The notes: generated by a model not told the origin, from the sequence alone. Shown: positions 23,032 to 34,490, counted from the first letter of the whole stretch. The stretch: DNA of 55,228 nt, filler included, from Sluysia triapertura (GCA_046118255.1; 3 parts of 3 records of this genome joined end to end with filler, not necessarily neighbours in it), one strand, 5' to 3'. Made by a program: numbers and translations.

Positions 23032-25804
23032 TGTGGTGGCCAACCCATTACTTTTAACAGATTTTATTACAAATTTTATTCTAAACATTTCAAGATCACA
23101 AACTTTCAAAATGTACAATATATATTTTAAAATTCATTAAGAAACATTTTTTACATAATCCCATGTCAACATAATCAAAACCATATGTTTCGATATCAAA
23201 CTCACTCTCAAAATCTACAGCTCACATTCCTAAATTCAAGCTTAATACTAACATAACTAAAGTCATATCCTTTTCAACATCACATAACCTTTTAGAAATC
23301 GTCAAAACCGTTTCTATATTTTATCTTTTTTCAGATCCATTAAAATCAATTTCCATTTATCAAAATAATTTAAATCCACTTTCTTATAAAATTCAAACCA
23401 CAATGATATTCAAAATCATTAATTTACATTAAAAAGTTCATCTTAAATATTTTATTAATCATTTCATAACAATCCAATTACAACCACATTCGAAATTAAC
23501 TACCAGACATCTTCAAATCAATTAAAACATTCTGACTTCATGATCTGTTATCATTTAATCCCTAACATTACAGAAAGACAATATTACTTAAAATTATCAA
23601 ATTATCAATAAGTCAAATTTTCAACATTATACAAGCATCTTTTCAACTTACCAAAACATAACCTACGATCTATCTTATTCACATCCACTAAACTATTCTT
23701 TTTCAACATATGCATAATTCACAGTCGTTTAATATCCAAACATTACCTTCGTTCAAAACACCAATGGACATTTATCATCCATTTTTAACATTTATATTAT
23801 TTCAAAATACTTAAGTGTAGACCCAAATACATCTTCAGTAAGAAATATTAAGTAGCATTTAAAAATTCACTTAAAATTAGTAAACAGCATTTAAAATTAT
23901 ATTAAAACGTTTTACGCTTTGTCTTATTAGAATCACACTACACAATAAAATTTCATTGTAAACACGTAACAATAGTTTGTAACACCATATGTTCATGAAA
24001 TCTTAACATTCAACCTCAGACAATTAACTTCTGTAAACTAAGAAATTGATTTTTAAATATGTTAAGAAATACTATCAAATTAAGAAAAGAAAGATCATGT
24101 TCTTTAAGTTTAAAAGATGTATGTAATTTATATTAAGATAATAATAACATTAAAATTATTATTATTATTTTTATAAAAATTATTTGGTAGCTGTCATCAT
24201 CAATAGTGATACTTTTAGTTCACATGTTTGGTTTAATGTCACTATTGATGATGGTTGTGACGACAGTTAATTATATTTAAATTCTGTCGAATAACAATTG
24301 ATTGGATACCCAATCACCTCGAGTGGCTAATCAAAAAATGCAATTTAAAAATGATTTTATGGATTTTATAAGATGTGTTAAATACGACAAAATGAGATTA
24401 TAAATGAATAACAAATATAAACATAATATTCATTCGCTTTTAGAAGCTAATATGGCGTTATGAACAAATGAGTTTAATATATTGTCTTTAGAAAGTAAAA
24501 AAATTGATCGAAGATATTGCAATAATCAAATATATTTTGGATGATTTACTTAATTCATTTAATTGTATCCGAGAAGATTTTCAATTCAAATGGCTAAAAT
24601 CAATAAAACTAGTAATGATAGTAGTCGTAAACGATGTAAATGCTTACGTATTAATATTTTGGAACAAAACCATCAAATTGTCATTTATAATGTTTGTTTG
24701 CAGTTTCTTTATCTTAGGCTCGATATTATTCACCAAAATTTAGAAGTGATTACTCGGCTGGACAGCAATGAATATATACTCATTATAAATAGACGTCAAG
24801 TTCGTGATTTCAAAACTATCATTACAAGTGTTAGTGACAAAACTAGACTATGCATTAACAACCATATAGAAATATTATCTCAATGTCATTTGATTTCAGA
24901 AATAAAAAGATCAAAAGAAAATACCTTTTACGAATTTATTATCCGAATTTCTACTGAATTAATCAAAATTAGTAAAGATAAATTTCCAATGAAAAAAGAT
25001 ATGACGATTTGTACTAACGAGAATGATCTAAATCAGAATTTTAAGCTCACGCCAATAGTTGTTAATATAATCTGATTAGTTAGAACCATATAAAAGAAAG
25101 TTAATGGTCATTGTGCAAGTTGAAGGAAATCATATATTACATATAAAATTAACTAGATGTTGGAATCACAACGTTAGAAATGACGAAAAATCTCAAGTCA
25201 TATGTTCCTTAATAAAAAAATTAACAAGTTCAAAACATTAATTCGAACGCAGCGACCATTCAATACAGAATCGCCAATGTCAATTGAAGAATATTCGATC
25301 AAATGTCATCTGCTGATCCATTCTATATTTCGATGACACTAGACAACAACTACTTATGAGTACAGACTCTGGCTTGATCAACTCTTGTTCAATCGAAATG
25401 ATTTATCTAATGTTGTTCTCTTTGGTGGTTCGAGACAGAATGGTTTTCAAGAACTTCTTTAAAGTAATTTTTAATTGTAATAACACTTATAACATATCTT
25501 TAACATTTACTTCTTTTTTTAGAGTGTTACAAAAACGAAATTCGAAACGTTTGGCGAAATCATTATTAAAAAAGAATTTTCAAAAATAAACATTAAATGT
25601 CTTGTTATTAGTAATAAAATGGTTGTTAATTTGGTCGTTTGCTTTGTTAATAATTATTTAAAGTTAAAGAATTTTCGATTTTCCAACAAACAGGTTGTAA
25701 TGAAGTAAATAAAAATGAAAGTTGTATAAGTTCTGATAGTGATAACTTAAAAATAAATCCTTTTTAATATTAATAAAACCTGTTAATATCCGATTACCAC
25801 AACA
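23032..25804 (+). mobile_element. Complete 2773-bp solo-LTR-like element (family A) with an internal decayed cargo gene
   Basis: Termini TGTGGTGG...CCACAACA (7/8 inverted match); GGTAC duplicated at 23027-23031 and 25805-25809. Confidence 0.8.
24470..25708 (+). pseudogene. Decayed cargo gene of the complete family A element, with a 59-nt intron at 25464-25522
   Basis: Same-strand ORF pieces at 24504, 24563 and 25356; a phase-0 splice joins ORF 25356 to a 61-codon frame ending TAA at 25708, followed by AATAAA. Confidence 0.55.
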
Positions 25805-26479
25805 GGTACGGTTTCGCCACCAGATCGACCCATTCTTTTAATCCGGAACGTCCAAGATTTTAAAATCGCAGGATACGCCCAGCTAGGAGCGTCGTCTCAG
25901 AATGGGTAACCACCGCAGTATAAATGGAAGCCCATGAAATATTAGTCCACCCCTAATAAAACTTATGCTCAAGTATGCAAAACGAGCATACTGAGTAGAT
26001 CTTTAAGTATCCTTGAATCGTAAGGTATCACTATACGACCCGAAAACGAAGAGGCAACAAAGTCAAATTAAAAAGCCAAGCATCCAAACCGACAGAAGGC
26101 AGCACCACAAGGTTGTACAGTATCAGCTCAGAAATAACCTAGTCGGTCAAAACAAATCAATATCTCGTAATAATGACGGATGCTTTAAGACTCTAATATG
26201 CCAGCTGATCATAGTCTAACAGGCCATCAGAAAGTTATTACTCGAACAAATCAGTACAAGTTCAATAAAAGCAAGAACGACCGAAAACCACGAAAAGAAA
26301 ATACAAGTCAGTAAATATCTCAACCTATAGATATGGCCAACAGCATCACTGTACCATAAATACCGGAACAGACAAATTTCAATCAACAAAACGGAACTAT
26401 AAATTACGCGGTTGACAAGTGTAATGATAGAATTACAGTACAAATCAAATGCACTACGAAGCAACGTTACCATTTGCCA

Positions 26480-27245
26480 ACGTTCCCCATAAAAATATTA
26501 GGCAATATCATAAAGCATGAACACGTATGGCTTTCCCATCAATCTAAAGCCCTGTGCGAACAACTCACAGCATATTCGACGGGGCTGTAATCCGACGTCG
26601 ACGGCGAGATCCCCATAACCCAACAGAAATCTCAGAAGGCAATTATCTTCGACATGCCCTTCTTCACAGATGAATCCGGACATGGTTCCTTGTCGTTGAA
26701 TCCCATTTTAAAATGACAAAGCACCATGTTTATCCAACTACTTCCTCTCCTACCGCAACTTCTCCTAAGTAAGCAATGTAGCCTGATACAAACTTGCCTA
26801 CAGTCGGAAAATGATTACGATGACCTGAAACAAACAATCTTGGCACATTACCGTCCCAAAACAGAAAAGGTATTCCAATATTATTTCAAAGCGCAATCTA
26901 TAGGGACTTTATCCCCTTCTGAATTCTTAGCCAAGATCAGGAACGATCTTGAGCCATTCGGTTGAGAAAAGGATGAGAACCATGGACGCCATGCCCACAG
27001 AAGTCCAGGCTGCCTTCACCGGGAGCTAAATAGATAATATCAAAGAACTGGCCAATGGCGTACAAGGCGTTCAGACACTATAAACGCTATTCAAGACACG
27101 TCACATTCAAAGTCAGGCATCACCTTGGAATCAGTATCAATGCGGATTTATGCCCTGACTGTACAAGTGGCAGAAATTACCAAATTGGTAGCCGCCGGTC
27201 TTACACAATATCCGAATAAACCCCCTGCAATACGCCAATCCTCAT
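26480..27245 (+). mobile_element. Decayed Ty3/Gypsy gag
   Basis: PFF..WFLVVESHF...LLP...YDDLKQTIL...IGTLSPSEFLAKIR follows the Gypsy gag pattern PFW..WF..VE..F...Y..LK..L...LG..PS..L; higher GC than flanks. Confidence 0.7.
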
Positions 27246-27433
27246 TGTGGTGACCAACCTTATAGCTTTAATAAAACATACCAAAATCTCACAAATGTAC
27301 AAAAATAAAATTTTACTTCTAAAAACACCTTAAGTCTATAAATTCATGACAAAGAATATTACCAACTCATAGCAAGAACTCCATCAATAATACTTACCCA
27401 AAACCTCACAACATCCAAATCACAATAATGCTG
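27246..27433 (+). mobile_element. Family A terminus fragment that truncates the Gypsy gag
   Basis: TGTGGTGACCAACC followed by C/A-rich sequence. Confidence 0.6.
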
Positions 27434-27660
27434 TGTTGAGGACGAAAAATTGTTTAATTTAAATAAATTTTATTTTTTTAAAAGTGTTTAACAATAAAAT
27501 TACAAATGTCAATCAAAAGCAAATTATTTAATTTTAATTTTGAAATTACAAAAGAAATAGGCTTAAGGCCTGTAACCATTAACAAATTTAAAATGATAAC
27601 AAAATATGTTTTAAAATCGAAATATAACAAATAAAGAAACAATATAAATAAAATTATTGA

Positions 27661-28309
27661 TTATCGTCGCGGTGCTGCAATTGACATTCCCCCTTTTATT
27701 TTTATACGAACAATTTTCTTAATAAGTTTTTCTGATAAAATGTCCTTATCTACGAAATTATTCATATAAACTAGTTTTGTACATTTTATCAAATATCCTC
27801 TTATTACACATTCGTATCGGTGAATAAAAGATTGAAAAAATATTAAATCCCCTTCCCTTACTGCTTGAAAAATATCGAAAGGGTTATCAACAATTAATTT
27901 TTCAACAAATACTAAAGGCATATTTAATTTTTTCGTAATATCGTCTATATTTACACACCACTTTTCTTTAAGCACATAGGTTATTTGTAATGATATCAAT
28001 CTGAGATAAGAGTCAATTAAAATATTATTTATTAATCGTAAATTATTGTCATGAAATAACATATTACTAACACATGATTCAATAGTCTTTAAATCAACTT
28101 CTACATTATTATATAACGCGATTAATGAAACTTTATGGTTTTGGAGTTCTAATTCTTCATAAATTTCTTCATAACTTTAACTTGTTACTAGATATCAAAA
28201 AACTCATTATATCAATGCAATTCCTTTCGCTTTATTTATCAATTGATGAAACTTCATGTGTTCTCTTAAAATCAGAGGCTAATACCTTAATTTCATTCCA
28301 AGTTGTCAT
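27661..28309 (-). pseudogene. UFL1: Captured, intronless, decayed N-terminal domain of E3 UFM1 ligase 1
   Basis: MTTWNEIKVLASDFKR...K*SERNCIDIMSFLI matches WEEIRRLAADFQR...RLSERNCIEIVNKLI; after a frameshifting deletion EEIYEEL...VDLKTIE...LIDSYL...IFFQSFIHRYECVIRG stays colinear with UFL1. Confidence 0.85.
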
Positions 28310-28450
28310 TTAACAAATAACCAAAAGCAACGTTTAGAAATTTTAATCAATATCATAATAATTATTCATCATTATCTGAGCAATAAATTTATACTAACAA
28401 CAGTTTTATACTAATTACAGTATTAAGTAAATAATTATCTTATATAATTA

Positions 28451-29400
28451 TTACTGCTTATCGACTAGTTTAGTTGTTACTATTTTCTCATGTGTCTCTA
28501 GTTCCAAACTACGACGTCCATTGGTTGTAAGTGGCTGCTGAGATGCATAAGAATTGTACATACCACAACTAACTGAATCAGTACGTGACAGATTATCTAC
28601 TGATATTATCGTTCTTTGGTTAGTACCAGGCATATTAAGACCTGATGATTTGAAAATGCAGCTTCAAACTCATAAACTTGACCCATCAAATCATCGACTT
28701 TACTAAATGCATTTTGTTTCAATCTTCGTTCTTCGTTCAGCTGCTTTTTAATGGGTTTACTTCCATAGTGGATTTGTCGGTAACGGTTTTGCGTGTTTTA
28801 TATTGTCTGAAAGAACTTTAGTCATATTGACAATTCTGCTGTTCTTTTCTGTAATTTCTGACACTAATTGTTCAATATGTATTTGTTTCACCAAAGCTAA
28901 TTGTTGTTCTGTTGCTGCTTTTCTTTCAGAAGCATGTTTCTTTTCATTTTCTCTTTCATTTCTTTGTCAAAAGTTTTCCGAAAATCATTCAATTCTTTAT
29001 CAGTTAAATAATGTTTCATAAGTTGTCATTCTTCGACCAATAATTGTACTTTTGATCTGATTTCATTTGTATAAACGTTACATTTTTTTATATAGATCAC
29101 GTTCAGAACAAATATCACCTAATGCTTTTTGAAAATTGCATTTCAAGTATGTGTGATGACAATTAAAGATTGATTTCATAGGACTCATCCTTTGACGAAT
29201 GTGAATATTTTCTTGTTGAAGTGATGTCAAACTTTTCGATAACTTCAAATTACTTTTTGTTTTGTGTGTATTTGGATTGGTTTTGGTATTTTCATGTTTA
29301 TTAGGTGATTTCAAAACACGATCTTTATCGTATTCTGCAAAAAATTTATTGTTACACAGTGATGGATCGAGATCAAATATATTGTATAGTATTATAAAAA
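28451..29400 (-). pseudogene. Frameshifted coiled-coil coding fragment of probable host origin
   Basis: Glu/Lys/Gln-rich helical pieces in alternating frames, e.g. KKQLNEERRLKQNAFSKVDDLMGQVYEFE. Confidence 0.45.
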
Positions 29401-30769
29401 ATTGAAGGAAACAGAAAAAAATAGAAAGGCAGATTGTTAATAAAAGAAATAATAATAATGATAACAATAACGTGATTATTATGTTTATTAATACTAAAAT
29501 GTTGATGTTGAAATTATAAAATTTATTATGAAAATTATTGTAAAAGTTATTATAAAAGTTATTACTTGATAATCATACTATATAACAATAATGACTATAA
29601 TTATTATATATATTTTAATACGATCTGAATTTTAATAATAATAGTGGTAGTTCATGATAATTAGGTACGATGATCATGTTTGTTTTTTGAATGAGTTTAT
29701 TAGTTTGTTTAATAGTCTGTGTATATGTGAAGTGTTTTATGTGATGAAATGTGATGAATTTTGTGTGATTTCCCTACACAAGTAAAGAACAAATAAGCTT
29801 AAAGAAAATTTGATAACCGTTAAACAGTTAACCGTTATAATTGTAAAGTAAAAATACTGACCCTAGTTAATTACATTGCTGAAAGATTTAGGATATACTT
29901 TCGTAGCATTTTATTTTCTTGTGAGTACGTCTTTCTCGTAATATAAATCGTATTGCACAGGCGGACCCGTGTAATTTAATAGTTTTATAATTGTTTCAGA
30001 CTTAGAAAAAGTTGAACATTAATAATTCAATTAACAATAATTAATAGTTGGATATAACTACATACGTATAGACATTCAAATTAAATAATAAGTAGTAATA
30101 TTAATTTTTTGTGAAGTATTCAAATATTAACATTACAAATATATAGAAGTTTTTCTGTTGGACTTGGTGAATATATAAGATGTAAATTAAACCATAAATA
30201 ATAAGAAAATAAAAAATGACTAATGATTATTTTGTATATATTGAATAATCTTTCCAATTTTCTTAAAAATTATATTCTCTCATTCAGATTACAAGATGCA
30301 ACTTCCAAGCGCAAAGATAATAAATTACATAAATCCTTCTTACAATGGCATTGACCGTTCCTGTGGTAATAATGCCACTCCCCTTGCACTTCTTAATTCA
30401 AAATCCATTCCAAATTACCTTAAATGCGAAATAAATAATCATTTCATCTCGCATTTATTTGACATAAATCAACTGCAACCGCCATTAGTATTCAACGTTT
30501 TAAAGGGTTATCTATTAGACAAAGGCGTTGTAGTAATAGCTGCTGCAAGAGGAACAGTTGCATACTAGATTGCAAGGATTCACATCACTATACATTAAGA
30601 ATCTAACCAGCAATTGCAAAATTCAAATAGTAGTGGAGAAATTATCCATTATATGTGCCATTGTTTTAGAAAAACACGACAAGTCACTCAATTTAGCTCT
30701 ATTTCCTTTATTATATGAGAATGACATGGGTAATATCTATAAGTGGCTAAAACCAAGCATTGCCTAACA

Positions 30770-31260
30770 TTAGAATCACACCTTAAACTTCCCAACACAC
30801 ACCTTCAAATCAATCCAAAACATTCCAATCTTTCAACATTCAGTCTCGAATATCACCGAAAAACACTAACTTAACACTTTAAACCATTTTAGACATTGCA
30901 ATTAAAATAACCTTATGTAAAGATATTAAGTTAAAAGATTTATGTAGAGAAAGAATGATAATTACATAAAAGAAAGATCGTGTTGTTATTATTCTTCTAA
31001 GATTTTATGCATTTATTTAATTATTATTATTATCATTCAACCATTTTATTAATATTATCTAGTCTTATTATTTGTATTATCATCAGAAACATTAGCAAAA
31101 TTAAACATACATCGTGGTGATTTATTTGTCACCATTTTAATTATCATTTAGTTCGTTACAAGCTTTATGGTGACAGGTATACATTAAAACAGCACCCAAT
31201 TAACAATTCATTAACACATTAATTCTGATTTGATTGGACATCCAAGCAGTCTCATTACTT
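30770..31260 (+). mobile_element. Family A spacer and hairpin module, cargo lost
   Basis: C/A-rich tract, AAAAGAAAGATCGTGT, stem TGTCACCAT/ATGGTGACA, GATTGGACATCCAA. Confidence 0.6.
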
Positions 31261-32444
31261 TTACAAATGTAAGCATAAATGTGTGGATGTCCAATAAAAA
31301 GTCAAGAAAAGAGATTCATTTATATATGCATGTGGTGTGCAAATAATCTCTATACTTAATAATAGTTTTATTATTGTCACACAATTTGGTCTGTCTAAAA
31401 TATATAGCGCCCTTTCACTCCAGTTTAAAAAAGAATTAAATGTTAGGGTTATTTCAACTAGTTCAACCATTTTCACCTCATGTTTAAGGAAGAAATAAAA
31501 TCATTTTATTTCATTCATTTTAAAAAACATTAATAAATTAATTATGCTTATCAGTGATTGAGCGTATAGTCAACTGTTCAAATTTTTGATCGTTATAAAT
31601 ATATTGCTAATAAGGTATAATAGTGACTTCCACATTCTTTAGCAAACTTAACATCATTCTTAAATCCTGTAAATAAAACATAAATCACAGGCGAACTCAC
31701 TTATTTTCTGATTTAATGGAAAATAATCCTATAGAATAACCGAATTTTAAATCGCAAAGCTCTATCTACAGCTGAACCAAAATCTGACAACTCTTTACAG
31801 TTAGATAGCCAATAATCTGTGGAAAAATGTTGAACTGTTTTGAATTTCTTTGCTAAGGCAAATTTACATAAATATAGGAAAGAAGCAACTATTATTAATA
31901 TGTAAGAGCATATGTAAATTTAATAGACAATCAAACTTTCATGGATACTGCTAAGAGGTATCCCCAAATGTGGAGCCGAAGAAATTAATTGTATGATGAT
32001 TAAGGTAATTTTAAAAATCGCAATTCCTATAAGAAAAATGACTCGTCGAGATTTGAAAAGAAAAAAATTCTGATTTTAAATATAGAAAATATTCTAATTA
32101 TAGAGGAAATAAATCAGCAAACTATATTAACCTTAGAGGATTCGGAAATAATTTTAGATAGGTAATATTTAAGCCCTTAAAGAAGGAATAATAATCATTT
32201 TCGAGATACTAATAATTTTGGTTACTGTTGAATTAGTTTAGTATGAATTACCTTTTCATGTTAGGAATTTCTTATCTCATTAACATTGAAAAATCTTTTT
32301 CAAATTTTGGTACAATTTTTAGAAAGTGAACAAAAAATTAACCTTACTCTTAAATTTCTTTAAAAATTAATTAATCGGAATTTGTGCTTTTAGAATTTAA
32401 AAACGAAAAATAATCGAAATATAAATTAACTCCTGATTTCTTAC

Positions 32445-32667
32445 CTGAAACACATTCATTAAAGCCAGTAGCACCAAACCTAATGCAATAGACAACATCT
32501 GAGTACCAGTACCAATAATTGCACAAAATAACAAACGACATTTAATTGGTGGCCGAAATACGTCATTGTGGACACTTTTCCAACCTTTTTCTTCTTGTTC
32601 TTCTTCTTCAGTCATTTCGGTAGAATTTGGCATTTGATTATAATGTGCAAAATCTCTCCGAAGAATT
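32445..32667 (-). CDS. TM9SF1: TM9SF1 coding exon 2; later exons not found in the window
   Basis: RILRRDFAHYN...GWKSVHNDVFRPP...LFCAIIGTGTQML; ends CAG|gtaag. Confidence 0.92.
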
Positions 32668-32706
32668 CTAATATTAACAATGTCAATAATTTATTAAAAA
32701 CCAAAC

Positions 32707-33446
32707 CTTCCCATTATAAACATTATAAATGTCAATAATATAAATACTAAAACTAAAGAATTTGTAATTGAAATCCAATGAATTTCCAAAATCCTGGGAA
32801 AGAAATTATTATTTAAAATCAATACATTTCGATGAGAAGCTTCTATATTAGTTGGAACCCAACTAATAGAATAAGTAAACGTAAAATTTAGAAAATTTTT
32901 ATTTCTTAATGGTATCAAATCAATCGGATTAGTTTGTGTTGTAAAAACACTTCCATATATGATATTATTATTATTATATTGAATCTGAATATTATGATGC
33001 GTGTAAAACAATGCTTTGTGAGAATGTGGCAATATCTTACTTTCCTCCAAATTTCCAATAAATCCACGAAGCGGTATATTTTCATCTAGAACAAACTCAA
33101 AATAATATAATTCTTCAATAGCATCAATTAATTTTTGAATGTCTTTTTCTTGCAAAACTAAATTACAAAGTAATTTGCGATTCACATTTTCTCGAAAACG
33201 TAATTCGTACAATGATTCTGCCAAACGATCACCATCAAGCACTTCACCAAGACTTAGTTGTTTAAATGCCACTTTTTCTGGTCGACAAACAGGCAGCGTG
33301 TAATAAAGATAAGTTTCATGCGGATTGTAATATGGGCCAACTTTATTTACATATAAAATAACTTTTTCATTTAGTTCATATTTTTTAGGATTAAATCTTT
33401 GACATGAATAGATTTGAAAGAAGATAATTAAAAAATAAAGATTCAT
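32707..33446 (-). CDS. TM9SF1: Transmembrane 9 superfamily member 1 (EMP70 family), coding exon 1
   Basis: Signal-peptide-like start, VILYVNKVGPYYNPHETY.YY.LPVC, SLGEVLDGDR, LEIHW.SI.NS; 39-nt GT-AG intron at 32668-32706. Confidence 0.93.
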
Positions 33447-34187
33447 AAATAAAATTCTATATATATTTTCAAAAATCACATTGATCCGTATATTTCAATA
33501 AATCTAAAAATGTAATCAGATTAATTTTAAAAAACTTCAAGTTTGTCAAATGAATTTTAATGAATTTTAAAATTCGCTTTAATAATTTAATTTAATAATT
33601 CTACAAAAATAATCTATCTCAATTATTTAACATTGAAATCTAAAATTTTGAAAAATATTACTGAAACAAAATAAATACAAGATTTAAACAAATTTAAATC
33701 AAAATTTTTAATTTGAGATGGACACTTTTTGAAGATGATACAAAAATAAAGTACAATTTTGAATCCATAATTAGTTACTACTTATTTATTTATAAAAATT
33801 TGGTAACTTGGTTGTGTTTGAATATCAACTTTATTTGTAGTTAACAGAAACTTATTCCAATTACGATAAAAATTAACATTAACTCATTTTACATCAAAAC
33901 CTATTTTACTTATTGTACAAGTTCAGCAAAATCAAGGTAATTATATCTTAAATAACCTTATTTAAAATTACTTTAATTAAAAGTAACCAATTAAAATGTA
34001 TTCAAACTTAAAGTTCTCTTATTTATAATGAACCTGTAACTTTCAATTTACTTTAATGAAGAGCATAATCAAGCATATTTATCGATTATTTAACAATTTC
34101 ATTCTTTTATTTCCTTATTTTATATTTCTTATTAAAAATAACAATAAAATTTTAATAAATATATTAATTTGTAAAACGCAAAGGGTA

Positions 34188-34490
34188 TTAGGCTCGTAAA
34201 TTTGCTACAGGATGCATGAGAATAGAAACTGGTTTAATAATAGGTAAGGGATGATCAGCAGATGCACATTCATCGGGTAGCGAAATACCAACAGAAATAT
34301 TAACTTTGGATGCATCAAACCATTCTCGACTACTGAAGCAGATTGTTGTATCCAGATAAGTTATGGATTTATCACGTTGATTTTGTGATTGTTGAAAATT
34401 ATCTTCACTTATACACGGTTTTGATCGACTCCAATGTGAAATAGGTGGATGCCATAAAATCACGCGGCCGTCTAAACACTTAGCTTTTAT
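34188..34490 (-). CDS. INTS4: INTS4-like terminal exon
   Basis: IKAKCLDGRVILWHP...LDTTICFSSREWFDASKVNI...LPIIKPVSILMHP resembles VQVLYPDGQAQMIHP...LITQVYLSHTAWTEACQVEV...IPFSKPVKVYIMP; 303 nt to TAA. Confidence 0.8.
   Translation of the reverse strand: MKAKCLDGRVILWHPPISHWSRSKPCISEDNFQQSQNQRDKSITYLDTTICFSSREWFDASKVNISVGISLPDECASADHPLPIIKPVSILMHPVANLRA

Noticed and set aside
27661-28062. Death-domain-like pattern (W..I..KL.M...DNP.D)
   Set aside because: A longer colinear match to UFL1, including SERNC upstream, explains it better
28642-28660. CTGATGA...GAAA hammerhead ribozyme core
   Set aside because: No supporting stems; lies within decayed coding sequence
27434-30769. A single TG...CA element spanning the UFL1 region
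   Set aside because: Ends TGTTGAGG/CCTAACA are suggestive but the flanks show no TSD, so boundaries are left uncalled
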